Below, piece by piece: positions 12,057 to 24,445 of a DNA stretch of 64,000 nucleotides; within the stretch, counting starts at the first letter, position 1, and each line of letters starts with the position of its first letter. Below the pieces are notes generated by a model, which did not search any database, had not been told where the DNA came from, and saw only the letters and a program-made list of their open reading frames with translations. Position numbers and translations under genes: made by a program. This DNA is from Malacoraja senta. Taxonomy: Eukaryota. The DNA lies in the NCBI GenBank assembly GCA_038087875.1, contig CM075989.1:868001-932000 (forward strand), given 5' to 3'.

Positions 12057-13058
12057 ATTAGCTACCCTCCAATCCTCAGGAACTACTCCAGAATCTAAGA
12101 GTTTTGAAAAATTATCACTAATGCATCCACTATTTCTGGGGCTACTTCCTTAAGTACTCTGGGATGCAGCCTATCTGGCCCTGGGGATTTATAGGCCTTT
12201 AATCCATTCAATTTACCTAACACCACTTCCCGGCTAACCTGGATTTCACTCAGTTCCTCCATCTCATTTGACCCCCGGTCCCCTGCTATTTCCGGCAGAT
12301 TAATTAAGTCTTCCTTAGTGAAGACAGAACCAAAGTAGTTATTCAATTGGTCTGCCATGTCCTTGCTCCCCATGATCAATTCGCCTGTTTCTGACTGCAA
12401 AGGACCTACATTTGTTTTAACTAATCTTTTTCTCTTCACATATCTATAAAAACTTTTGCAGTCGGTTTTTATGTTCCCTGCCAGTTTTCTTTCATAATCT
12501 ATTTTGCCTTTCCTAATTAAGCCCTTCGTCATCCTCTGCTGGACTCTGAATTTCTCCCAGTCCTCTGGTAGGCTGCTTTTTCTGGCTAATTTATATGCTT
12601 CATCTTTTGTTTTGATACTATCCCTGATTTCCCTTGTTATCCACGGATGCACTACCTTCCCTGATTTATTCTTTTGCCAAACTGGGATGAACAATTGTTG
12701 TAGTTCATCCATGCAGCCTTTAAATGCCTTCCATTCCATATCCACCGTCAACCCTTTAAGAATCAATTGCCAGTCTATCTTGGCCAATTCACGTCTCATA
12801 CCCTCAAAGTTGCCTTTCTTTAAGTTCAGAACTCTTGTTTCTGAATTAATTATGTCACCCTCCATCCTAATGAAGAACTCAACCATATTATGGTCACTCT
12901 TGCCCAAGGGGCCACGCACAACAAGACTGCTAACTAACCCTTCCTCATTACTCATTACCCAGTCTAGAATAGACTGTTCTCTCGTTGGTTCCTCTACATG
13001 TTGATTTAGAAAACTATCCTGCATACATTCCAAGAAATCCTCTTCCTCAGCACCCCTG
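12057..13058 (-). mobile_element. CR1 LINE ORF2 internal fragment in the GPCR intron
   Basis: Near-identical to the CR1 ORF2 at 48885-49875 ([26 protein letters not shown]). Confidence 0.92.
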
Positions 13059-13059
13059 T

Positions 13060-13685
13060 TCCTAGGACTCGAGGGCCTGAGCTATAGAGGTTGGGGCAGG
13101 CTCGGATTTTTTCAATGGAGCACGAGAGGATGAGAGGTGATCTTATAGAGGTGTATAAAATCATGAGAAGAAAAGATCCAGTAAACGTAGTCTCTTACCC
13201 AGAGTAGGGAAATCGAGAACCAGAGGACATAGGTTTCAACTGAGGGCGGCGGGGGGAGAGATGTAATCGGATGCTGAAGGGTAACTTTTTGACACAAAAG
13301 CTGGTGGGTGTATTGTACTAGCTGCAAGAGGAGGTAGTTGAGGCAGGGACTATCCCAACGTTCAAGTTCAAGTTCAAGTTACATGTGTTGTCACCTGCAC
13401 CAGTTGGTACAGTGGGATTTGAGTTACCATACAGCCATACGGAAAAAAAGAACACAATACACGATAGAATTTAACATGAACATCCCCACACAGCGGAATC
13501 AACGTTCCCACTGTGAGGAAAGGCAACAAGAAACATTTAGGCAGGCGTATGGATAGGACAGTTTCAGAGGGATATGGGCCAAACTCGCAGGCAAATGGGA
13601 GTAGTGTAGATGGGACATGTTGGTCGGTATGAGCAAGTTGGGCCGAAGGGCCTGTTTCCACCCTGTATAAGTCTATGATTCTAAT
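13060..13685 (+). mobile_element. Old degenerate CR1 3' region, interrupted by a short LINE-tail fragment
   Basis: RMRGDLIEVYKIM-like remnants and 3' tail GGGCCGAAGGGCCTGTTTCC...CTATG. Confidence 0.7.
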
Positions 13686-13689
13686 ATTT

Positions 13690-14120
13690 AGGAAAGAACT
13701 GCAGATGCTGGAAAAATCGAAGGTAGACAATAAATGCTGGAGAAACTCAGTGGGTGAGGCGGTATCTATGGAGAGATGGAATAGACGACATTTCGGGTCT
13801 CACCCGCTGAGTTTCTCCAGCATTGTCTGTCTACCTATGATTCTAATACATTTTTCATGTTCCCCATCCGAAATGTTTAATTGCCTAGATAATAAAAAGG
13901 AACTGCAGGTGCTGATTTATACCAAATAAAGATACAAAATGCTGGAGTAACTCGGCGGTCAGTCAGTATCAGTCAGTGGATAGGTGACGTTTTTGGTCGG
14001 AACGAAGAAAGGTTGGTCTGAAGGGTCCCAACCCTAAACCTCACCGATCCAAGATCTCCAGAGATGCTCGCTGACACGCTGCGTTCCTTCAACACCTTCT
14101 GTCTTTTTTGTAAACCAACA
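13690..14120. mobile_element. Two short fold-back Penelope-like pLTR fragments
   Basis: 13690-13835 is an inverted pair (ATGCTGGAGAAACTCAG / CTGAGTTTCTCCAGCAT) flanked by duplicated CTATGATTCTAATA. 13890-14120 is a similar, more decayed inverted pair. Confidence 0.65.
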
Positions 14121-14913
14121 TCCCTGTTCAAACATGTACCTGCCCAACTACGTCTTCAAGTCTGTGCCTGAACATGAATTGTAAGCGCACGCACTTTCAT
14201 GTAGTCAGCAAATACAAACATATGCCACTTTGTTCCCTCGATATATTGCGAATACCTGGGGCACAGCTCTGGTCCACAGCTTAGAGCTGCCAGCTAGAAA
14301 GAGCCACCTTCGTTCCAACCTCCGCTATCTCTGAATCATATGTTACTGTTAATCCCAATTAAAGATGCAAAACGCGGGACTTTATCAAAGACCTGGAGAT
14401 CCAAACGCAGAACGACGTCCAAGTTCAAGTTACCTTTATTGTCTTTTGCTCTTTTATCAATGTAGCAGTCGACAGAAACTCAGCAGGTTGTTCATAAAAC
14501 GACCTTTTTTATACATCATGCAATCACTTAATATATTCAAAGGATTCTGCTCTCACATCCTTTCTGATATGTTGTTGAGTTTTATCTGCGGGTGTGTCAG
14601 ATACTCCGGCTCACTTCTCTTCCTCGTTTTGGGTAAATAACGGGTTACACTCGCCCCATCCAATTTGCAGTGACCTTGCTCGGTCTTGCATGTTTAATGC
14701 ATTTCGCTTCCATTATTTTACCGTCATTATTGTTTCTTACCAATAAAGCAACATTTTAATTATTGCTTCTTGTGAGATGCTTTTCTGTAATATCTCTGAA
14801 ATGTTATTTATCAGTTCATCCGTGAACGCAAAACGACGTGTTTGTTTAATCGTTTGATTCTTTGCTTTGCTTTATAAATTCACGCACGGATTTAAACTGC
14901 AGCGCTGACTTAC

Positions 14914-14980
14914 CAGGAATTCCAATGACGGCAATGAGTACATACAATTTTTTCTCGACACTGTTATACCTTTCCAGCAT
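14914..14980 (-). CDS. Class A GPCR, GPR139/GPR142-like, coding exon 1
   Basis: ATG at 14980 gives MLERYNSVEKKLYVLIAVIGIP plus G, then donor GTAAGT at 14913. The phase-1 join to exon 2 restores IGIPVNIVAIVIL (TM1); total 320 aa. Confidence 0.88.
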
Positions 14981-15781
14981 TTTCTCTGCGAAGAGACGAG
15001 TTTTATTTTGTTGCGAGTAACCTCTCCAAATCAAATGTTGAGCGAAACGTTCCCAGATTTATGTGATACCTTCTGGGATCCGCACAGGGACATTAAGGTT
15101 AGAACTTAACTAAAAATGGCGACGGTCGACTGACATTCCTCTAAGGACGGATACCGTTCAGTTGAACGAATTCATTGAGAAACTGCAAAGACCAGAAGGG
15201 ATTAATTTTGCTCACGGGATTAATTCGAGAAATTGAGATATTATTGCAACGCATCTGAACAACAATCATGGAATCATAGTCATACAGCATGGAAACAGGC
15301 TCCTATCAAGATACCCCATCTACATTAGTTCCATCTGCCTGCGTTTGGCCCATATGCCTCGAAATATTTTCTATCCATGTACCTGTCCAAATATATTTTA
15401 AAATGTTGTTATATTACCTGCTTCAACTACTTCCTGTGGCAGTTACCCTTCAGGTTCCTATTAAATCTTTCCGCCTCATCTTAAACCTATGAGGTTTGGT
15501 TCTTGAGTATAGGACTCTGAGCATCTACCCATGATCTTCTCCCCATGATCTTAGATACCTCTGAAAGAGTACTTGTGCTCCAAGGAATAAAGTTCCTAGC
15601 CTGCCCAACCTCTCCCAGTAGCTCAGAACCTGAAGTCTTGATACAATCCTCGTGAAACTTCTGCACTTTTTTCCAGTTTCACAACATCTTTCCTATAGTT
15701 GGGTGACCACAATATTCCAAAACGTGGACTCACCAATGTCTTGCACAACTGTAACATAAGATCACAACTTCTATGGTCAAT

Positions 15782-16850
15782 GTAGACACAAAGTGCCGGA
15801 GTAACAGCGGGTCAGACAGCATCATTGGAGATAAAGGATGGGTGATGTTTCGGGTTGGAACCCTTCTTCAGACTGGAAGGAATTGGAGGAAAGAAAAGAC
15901 CCGAAAAAAGCAGAGCCGGCAACAGATGATCAAGGAAGTGTAGAGCTCATAATGGTCCATTGTTGGCTATGGAAGAGTTGAACGAAGGGATATCAGGATG
16001 TGAACAGTGGAACTAGTAGGACGACTAGGATGGGGTAGGGTACTTGAAATTTAATTTCTATTGTGTATTGTGTTCTTTTTATTCATATGGCTGTATGGTA
16101 ACTCAAATGTCACTGTATCAATTGGTGCATGTGACAATAAATGCGAACTTGAACTTGAACGTGAACTTGAACTTGAACCAGCGTACACATCACTGGGCTG
16201 TAAGCTGCCCAGGCGAAATATGCGGTACTGTTCCACCAATTAGCGCATGGCCTCACTCTGACAGTGGAGGAGGCCCTGGACAGAAAGTCAGTGTGGGAAT
16301 GGGAGTTAAAATATCTGGCAACCGGGAGATTGGGTAGACCAAGGCGGACTGAGCATAAGTGTTCAGCAAAATGATTGCCCAGTGTGCGCTTGGTCTCGCC
16401 GATATATAGGAGCCTACACTGAGAATAACGGATATAGCAGTGGAGGTGCAAGTGAACCTCTGCCTCATCTCAAAGGACAGTTGGTGTCCCTGGGTGGAGT
16501 TGAGGGAGGAGGTATAGGGACTGGTGTTGCATCTCCTGCGGTTGCAGGTGAAAGTACCTGGGGAGGGCGCGGTTTGGGTGGGCAAGGATGAGTTAACCAG
16601 GGAGATGCGGAGGGAACAGTCTTTGTGGAAAGTGGAAAAGGGGTGGAAATGGGAAGATTTGACTAGTGGTGGGATCCCGTTGAAGGTGGCAAAAATGTCG
16701 GAGGATTATGTGCTCTATGAGATGGCTGATGGGATGAAAGGTGAGGATGAGGGGGACTCTGTCCCTGGTGCGACCGGGGGGAGGAGGAGCAAGAGCAGAG
16801 CTGATGGGTACCAAGGAGACCCCTGTGAAGGCCTCACCTATATAGAAGAA
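15782..16850 (-). mobile_element. Penelope-like element fragment (GIY-YIG endonuclease region plus pLTR)
   Basis: YCIRYSQCRLLYIGETKRTLGNHFAEH and TCNRRRCNT motifs; hammerhead-like core at 15844-15871; small insertion at ~16045-16177. Confidence 0.8.
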
Positions 16851-16854
16851 GGAA

Positions 16855-17570
16855 TCCACAATCCCGTTTATATCAATGGGATGATGGTGGAAAGGGTCAA
16901 AAACTTCAAATTCTTGGGCGTGCATATTTCCTGGTCCCAGCACACTGATGCAGTTATAAAGAAGGCACATCAGCGCCTCTACTTCCTGAGAAGATTACGA
17001 AGAGTCGGTATGTCAAGGAGGATTCTCTCAAACTTCTACAGGTGCACAGTAGAAAGTATACTGACTGGCTGCAACGTGGTTTGGTTCGGCAACTTGAACG
17101 TGCAGGAGCGGAAAAGACTGCAGAAAGTTGTGACCACTGCCCAGTCCATCACCGGCTCTGACCTCCCCACCATCGAAGGGATGTATCGCAGTCGCTGCCT
17201 CAAAAAGGCTGCCAACATCATCAAAGACCCACACCATCCTGGTCACACTCTCATTTCACCCCTGCCATCAGGAAGAAGGTACAGGAGCCTGATATCTGCA
17301 ACATCCAGGTTCAGGAACAACTTCTTCCGCACAGCCATCAGGCTATTAAACACGACATCAAATAAGCTCTGAACAATAACAGTCTATTATTATTATTGCA
17401 CTATATCTGTTTATTTATTGTGTATATACGGTCTATGGTATATAGACACACTGAACCTTTATCTTCCGTTTTGTATTATGTTTACATATTCTGTTGTGCT
17501 GCAGCAAGTAAGAATTTCATTGTCCTATCTGGGACACATGACAATAAAACACTCTTGACTTGACGACTTA
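16855..17570 (+). mobile_element. Rex1/Babar-like LINE 3' fragment
   Basis: VERVKNFKFLGVHIS, KKAHQRLYFLRRL and FYRCTVESILT motifs; 3' UTR with AATAAA and a (CTTGA)n tail. Confidence 0.8.
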
Positions 17571-17571
17571 A

Positions 17572-18190
17572 GTCAGTGCAATGCTCCTCCTGCAGGATGT
17601 GGGAAGTCAGGGAAAGTGCAGGTACCCCTGATGACCACACCTGTAGGAAGTGTGTCCAGATGCAGCTCCTTGAATACCGCAATAGGGAATTGGAGCAGCA
17701 GCTGCTTAATCTCAGGACCATCCGGGAAAATGAAAATATCTTGGACAGGACTCATAGCGAGGTGGTCACACTGAAGAGCGAAGGTGGGTGACCACCAGGA
17801 AGGGAATGCAGGTGAGCCCAGTGGCCGTACCTCTACAAAACAGATGCATCCTCTAGGGTGCTGTTGGGGATGATGACACATCTAGGTTGTGCAGCAGTGG
17901 CAGGCTGGGCTGTGACTCCGACCCTGGCACTGAGGCTTAACAGGGAAGGGTGAAGTCAGGCAGAGCCATAGAGGTGGGCGACTCTATAGTTGGGGGTGCA
18001 GACAGGACATTCTGCAGCAGTAGTCGAGACTCCAGGGTGGTGCGCTGTCTCCCAGGTGCCAGGATCCAGGACATCCCGATGCGGCTTCATGATGTCCTTA
18101 AGGAGGAGGAGGAACTCTCAGACGTTATTGAGCATGTTGGCACAAATGTTACAGGTAAGAAAAGGAAAAGGTTCTGCAATATGCTAGGTA
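17572..18190 (+). mobile_element. Degenerate CR1 ORF1 (zinc finger plus SGNH esterase)
   Basis: CSSCRMWEV..HTCRKC, GDSIV, CLPGAR and HVGTN motifs; cut by the TIR element at 18191. Confidence 0.8.
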
Positions 18191-18429
18191 TAGGCTGTGG
18201 GCCGAGCATCAAAAATGTGTCTAGAATTTAACTTTTGTGACTCATGTCTGGAAACTACTTGAAATTTGGCACAGATTTAGATGAAATATAATTGAGAAGG
18301 AAGTCATAACTCGTCAGTGCCAAATTAGAAAAGTTAATTAGAAAATGAGATCTAAAAGGTAAGCGTCATCTAGTGTTCAATGCTCATATTACAATAATTG
18401 GAGCCTAATTCCATGTTGCTGTCTATTTA

Positions 18430-19857
18430 GAAACATAGAACATAGAAAATAGGTGCAGGTGGAGGCCATTCGGCCCTTCGAGCCAGCACCACCATTCATT
18501 GTGATCATGGCTGATTGTCCCCAATCAATACCCCGTGCCTGCCTTCTCCTCATATCCCTTGATTCCACTAGACCCGAGAGCTCTATCTAACTCTCTCTTA
18601 AATCCATCCAATGACTTGGCCACCACTGCACTCTGTGGCAGGGAATTCCACAAATTCACAACTCTCTGGGTGAAAAAGTTTTTCCTCACCTCAGTCTTAA
18701 ATGGCTTCCCCTTCATTCTAAGACTGTGGCCCCTGGTTCTGGACTCGCCCAACATTGGGAACATTTTTCCCTGCATCTAGCTTGTATAATTTTATATGTT
18801 TCTATAAGAACCCCCCCTCGTCCTTCTAAACTCCAGTGAATACAAGCCTAGTCTTTTCAATCTTTCCTCATATTACAGTCCTGCCATCCTAGAGATCAAT
18901 CTCGTGAACCTACGCTGCACTGCCTCAATCACAAGAATGTCCTTCCTCAAATTAGGAGAACAAAAGAGGACACAATTCTCCAGATGTGGACTCACCGGAG
19001 CCCTATACAACTGCATAAGAACCTCTTTACTCCTATACTGAAATAATCTTGTTATGAAGGCCAACATTCCATTAGCTTTCTTCACTGCCTGCTGTACCAG
19101 CACGGCAACTTTCAGTGAGTGGTGTACAAGGACGCCCAGATCTCGCTGCACCTCCCCCTTGCCTAACCTAACCCCATTGAGATAATAATCTGCCCCCTTG
19201 TTTTTGCCACCAAAGTGGATAACCTCACATTTATCTATATTATACTAACATCCTCTTCACAGTTCACGCTGCTACCCAGCTTTGTGTCATCTGCAAACTT
19301 GCTAGTGTTGCTCCTAATTCCCTCTTCCAAATCATTAATATATATGGTAAACAGTTGCGGTCCCAACACCTAGCCTTGCGGCACTCCACTCGCCACTGAC
19401 TGCCATTCTGAAAAGGACCCGTTCACTCCTACTCTTTGCTTCCTGTCTGCCAACCAATTTTCTATCCATGTCAACACCCTACCCCCAATACCATGTGCTC
19501 TAATTTTAGTCACCAGTCTCCCGTGTGGGACCTTATCAAAGGTTTTCTAAAAGTCTAGATACACTACACCCACTGGCACCCCTTCATCCATTTTACTTGT
19601 CACATCCTCAAAAAATTCCAGAAGATTAGTCAAGCATGATTTCCATTTCATAAATCCATGTTGACTTGGATTAATCCTTTTACTACTATCAAAATGCCCC
19701 ATTATTACCTCTTTAATAATTGACTCCAGCATCTTTCCCACCACCGGTCAGGCAAACTGGTCTGTAATTCCCCGTTTTCTCTCTCGCTCCTTTCTTGAAA
19801 AGTGGGATAACGTTAGCTATCCTCCAATCCACAGGAACTGATCCTGTACGATCGAAC
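18430..19857 (-). mobile_element. CR1 LINE, 5'-truncated
   Basis: RT motifs (QHGFM, VYLDF, HLENCV); CTATGTTT-type tail; ATTTA duplicated at 18425-18429 and 19858-19862. Confidence 0.9.
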
Positions 19858-19942
19858 ATTTAAACCATATATTATTACACTATGTATATAATGTGAATAT
19901 GACTGGAGTTATGCATAATCATATATAATTATATTATATAAA

Positions 19943-21779
19943 CTACTAGACTCCCAGCATCACACAGGAGGGCTGGTCCCTCAATGCAATATTTCACCTC
20001 TCCACCAATTTCAAGTAGGGTGCAGACCACTAAAGACAGCAAGTCGTGACCTCTCCCTCCCCATCTTGCACAGACTGAGCCACGCCCACACTTCCGGGTT
20101 TTATAGTCCCTCCCACTCCCACCAGAAGGGGCGTGGCCTTCATGGCGTGATTGACAGGAGAGAGAATCTCAACATTTTTTAAAACACTAATAACTCTTTT
20201 AATTTTCATCAATGGGAAAAGTCCTCGGCACCTGATGTGCGGAGGGAGACTGAGTAAGATGGCCAAATATCACAGCCGTACGTGGTAGCGTGTTTTCTAA
20301 AATCAATATAAAGCGCAACCAGGAAGTGGTCAAGATTAGAATTTTAATTATACAGAAGGCAATGCAGCTTTAACTAGGCAAGGCAGCTTTAATTAGGCAA
20401 GGTAGCTTTAATTATCCAAGGCAGCTTTAATTAGGCAAGGCAGCTTCAATTGTGCAAGGCTACTTTAGCACTTTCAAACCATAGGCAAGGCAGCTTTAGC
20501 ACTTTCAAACCATAGGCAAGGCAGCTTTAGCACTTTCAAACCATAGGCAAGGCAGCTTTAGCACTTTCAAACCATAGGCAAGGCAGCTTTAGCACTTTCA
20601 AACCACAGGCAAGGCAGCTTTAGCATTTTCACACCAAAGGCAAGGCAGCTTTAGCACTTTCAAACCAAAGGCAACACAGCTTTAGCACTTTCAAACCAAA
20701 GGCAGCACAGCTTTAGTACTTTGAAACCAAAGGCAACACAGGTTTAGCACTTTGAAACCAAAGGCAAGGCAGCTTTAGCACTTTGAAACCAAAGGCAACA
20801 CAGCTTTAGCACTTTTGAACCAAAGGCAACACAGCTTTAGCACTTTGGAACCAAAGGCAACACCGCTTTAGCACTTTGGAACCAAAGGCAACACAGCTTT
20901 AGCACTTTGAAACCAAAGGCAACACAGCATTAGCACTTTCAAGCCAAAGGCCACACAGCTTTAGCACTTTCAAACCAAAGGCAACAAAGCTTTAGCACTT
21001 TCAAACCAAAGGCAACAAAGCTTTAGCACTTTCCAACCAAAGGCAACACAGCTTTAGCACTTTCAAACCAAAGGCAACACAGCTTTAGCACTTTCAAACC
21101 AAAGGCAACACAGCTTTACCACTTTCATACCAAAGGCAACACAGCTATAGCACTTTCAAATGAAAGGCATCACAGCTTTAGCACTTTCAAACCAAAGGAA
21201 ACACAGCTTTAGCACTTTCAACCCAAAGGCAACACAGCTTTAGCACTTTCAAACCAAAGGCAACACAGCTTTAGCACTTTCAAACCAAAGGCAACACAGC
21301 TTTAGCACTTTCAAACCAAAGGCAGCATAGCTTTAGCACTTTCAAACCAAAGGCAACACAGCCTTAGCACTTTCAAACCAAAACACACTTTTGCATTTTC
21401 AAACTACATTTTCAAACCACATTAAGGGTACTGACAGGTCAGTAAAACCACTCACAGTTGAGTAGACATGTGTTCAGTGTTATTCACAGCTCAGATGGAG
21501 AATTGCGACCTCTCACTCCCCCATCTTGCAGAGAACTGAGGCACCTCCACACTTCTGGGTTTTATAGTCCCTCCGGAAGGGGCGTGGCCTTCAGGAGAGA
21601 GAATCTCAACATTTTTAAAACACTAATAACTCTTTTATTTTTCATCGATGGGAAAAAATCCTCTTGTCCTGCGGAACGGAGGGGGACTGAGTAAGATGGC
21701 TAAAAATCATTTTTTTCTAAAATCAATATACAGAACTACAGGAAGTGGTCAAGACCAGACTTTTTGTAATATAGATAGA
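19943..21779 (-). mobile_element. Non-autonomous Helitron-like element
   Basis: Absent from copy 1 of the host element. On the minus strand it begins TCTATCTATATT and ends CTAG(TAG), sits between A and T, and has no TSD. No clear 3' hairpin seen. Confidence 0.65.
20358..21382. repeat. Minisatellite: ~5 x 19-bp units grading into ~30 x 31-bp units (GGCAACACAGCTTTAGCACTTTCAAACCAAA)
   Basis: Head-to-tail repeats with no spacers. Confidence 0.95.
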
Positions 21780-22541
21780 TAATATAATGACTATCAAGAG
21801 AGAGTCAAGAGTCAAGAGTTTTATTTTATGTGTCCCAGATAGGACAATGAAATCCTTGTGAGTGTGTATTTTGAATGAGACTGCCACAGAGGTCAGCCTA
21901 ATTAATGGGTGAGGGCAGTTCCTGTGGGTTCCCCCGTTTACTGAACCCCACTGACTGCTAGTGTGCAGGGTGGGGATCACGGCAGTAGTGGGACTGGGGC
22001 AGTGCCAGGCTGGTGGAAGGCTAAGGCATCTTCCACTGAGAGGAAAATGCCTAACTCGCCACCTTCCAGAGCTGCCCATGGCTGGAGCTGGGGCTGCTTT
22101 GGGACCGGCTGCGGGCTCTGTAAGTTTGGCCGCTCAGCACGTCCACCTCGTCCAGCATGCCCTTCTCGATCATCATGGTGATAATGGTGGGGATCAGCAC
22201 TGCCCTGCATGCCACCCGGGTTGCCTTCAACACCCCCATAGCGCCGGCTGGCCGACAGCCCGACCGACCCCTCGCAGCATCCACCGGCCTACCAACAGCC
22301 CGACCAATCCTTCAAAGCATCGACCGGCCTACCGACAGCCCGACCGACCCTTCGCAACATCCACCGGGGCCTGACAGCCCAACTGATCCTTCACAGTGTC
22401 CACCAGGGCCTGACAGCCCGACCGACTGACTGATCGACTGACCAACGGATTGACCGACCGACCAAACGACTAAATGACTGACTGACCGACCGACTGACCG
22501 ACCAGCTGAGTAACCGACTGACTGACCGACTGACTGGCCGA

Positions 22542-22992
22542 CATGGGGCGGAAATCCCGGGGGGATGGAGGGGAACACGTCACTCCCATGTTTTGAGAGG
22601 TGGGGGACAATCTCCCCCATGTTTTGTAATCCGGATTTTGAAATTCTGATCATTTTTAAATTAAAGTCTCCACTTTCCGCGAGACAGTGAGGGTGTCACT
22701 GTTTAGCGCTTGTTAAATATCTCTGTTATCATCGTATTAACACGATGTGTCACCAATTGTGTTTTGACCTTCAAGTATTACTGAAGGTATTCACGGAGAA
22801 TTTCTTAAAGCTGTCTGATGCGGGTACAATTACCATTTGAACTTATTGGATGTATTGGTGGATGGGAAAGATTTAAACGGGTGTCGAAATTAAACAGGTC
22901 AGGTCATTAAGGGGTCCGGTCGAACAGGTTTCCAGGCTGGCTTGCAGGTAAGTCCCTCATTCAGGTCACTCACGTTATTTAGTATGTTTTTC

Positions 22993-23029
<37 letters not shown>

Positions 23030-24445
23030 CTCCAAGGTTGGTTCTTCTGTTTGCCTTTATTTGCTTGAGTTTTATTTGTTTGTGTTATTTATCCCATTGT
23101 AGTTTTTGAAAGATTCAAGCGGGTATCATAGGCATTCTAAGGGCTGAATCGGCCTGTTCGCAGGGCCTTTCATTGCCCAGTGCAGTTTAAAATCAACTGC
23201 AGCGTCGAGGCAATCCAGGCTCCCGATGTTGAAACCCCCGCCGGCCGATTTTCAGCCGCGCCGGGCAATGAATGGACCCGAGTCAAGTCAAGTCACATTT
23301 ATTTATATAGCACATTTAAAAAACAACTCTCGTTGGCCAAAGTGCTTTACATTTGTTATAAGAATAGTATAAACAAACAAACTACATATATATATATACA
23401 TATAGCCCTCGCTCAGAGGACGTCAAGAAAGGCTTGGGAGTATAGATACGTTTTTAGTCTTGACTTAAAGGAGTCGATGGAGGGGGCAGTTCTGATGGGA
23501 AGGGGGAAGTTGTTCCACAGTCTAGGAGCTGCAACCGCAAAGGCGCGGTCGCCCCTGAGCTTACGCCTAGACCGCGGGATATTCAGCAACCCCAAGTCGG
23601 CCGATCTGAGGGACCTGGAGGTGGAGTGGTGGGTAAGAAGACTTTTGATGTACGTGGGGGCAAGCTCATTGAGGGCTTTGTAGACATAGAGGAGGATCTT
23701 GAAATGTATACGGGACCGCACAGGGAGTCAGTGGAGAGAGGCCAGGATCGGGGTGATGTGGTCCCTTTTTCGGGTGCCCGTCAGGAGTCTCGCTGCGGCG
23801 TTTTGGACCAGTTGCAGGCGGGACAGGGAAGATTGGCTGATGCCAGTGTAATGGGAGTTGCAGTAATCTAGGCGGGAGGAGATAAATGTGTGGATGATCT
23901 TTTCGAGGTGATCAAAGTGGAGGAATTGTTTTATTTTAGCTATCGTCCGAAGCTGAAAGAAGCTAGCTTTCACCACGGCATTGACTTGTTTGTCAAATTT
24001 CAGTGCTGAGTCAAATATCACGCCAAGGTTTTTGATGTGAGGTTTGAGTAGTGGGGTAAGGCTTCCAAGGCTGCCTGCTATCATTTTGATTGAGTCCGAG
24101 GGGCCGAGAAGGATGACCTCAGACTTACTCTCGTTTAGTTGGAGGAAGTTCTGGGCCATCCAACACTTTATATCCTCGAGGCAGTGGGTAAGGTTAAGCA
24201 GATTTTATTGGTTTTTGGGCTTCAGTCAAGCCCCACGATTCAGGGTGGACGAAGCTGCTGTTGCTGGAGTTTGGAGTCGGTCATGATCCCGATGTTACCA
24301 TCCACAGGGCCCACGTCTGAAGCCTCCAAAACCACTCGTGTGAGTGTGTGGGTGTGTGTGTGTGTGCGTGCGTGCGGCCACCAAGAAATTGTGTCCCCCC
24401 CCAATTGTGTCCCTCCCATGTTTTGATAGCGATTTCCACCCCAGT
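22542..24445. mobile_element. Non-autonomous TIR element (possibly hAT-like) containing a (CT)n tract and an L2 fragment
   Basis: TGGGGCGGAAATC ... GATTTCCACCCCA inverted termini; absent from copy 1 of the host; TSD not resolved. Confidence 0.55.
23281..24225 (-). mobile_element. L2-clade LINE 3' fragment
   Basis: WMAQNFLQLNESKSE, SRLDYCN, HITPILASLH and GDRAFAVAAP motifs; (TGACT)n tail; same family as 25844-29668. Confidence 0.9.

Noticed and set aside
16524..17372. 282-aa novel protein
   Set aside because: Chance read-through from antisense Penelope sequence into a Rex1/Babar fragment.
20358..21382. CRISPR-like array
   Set aside because: Head-to-tail units with no unique spacers, no cas genes, and a eukaryotic context.
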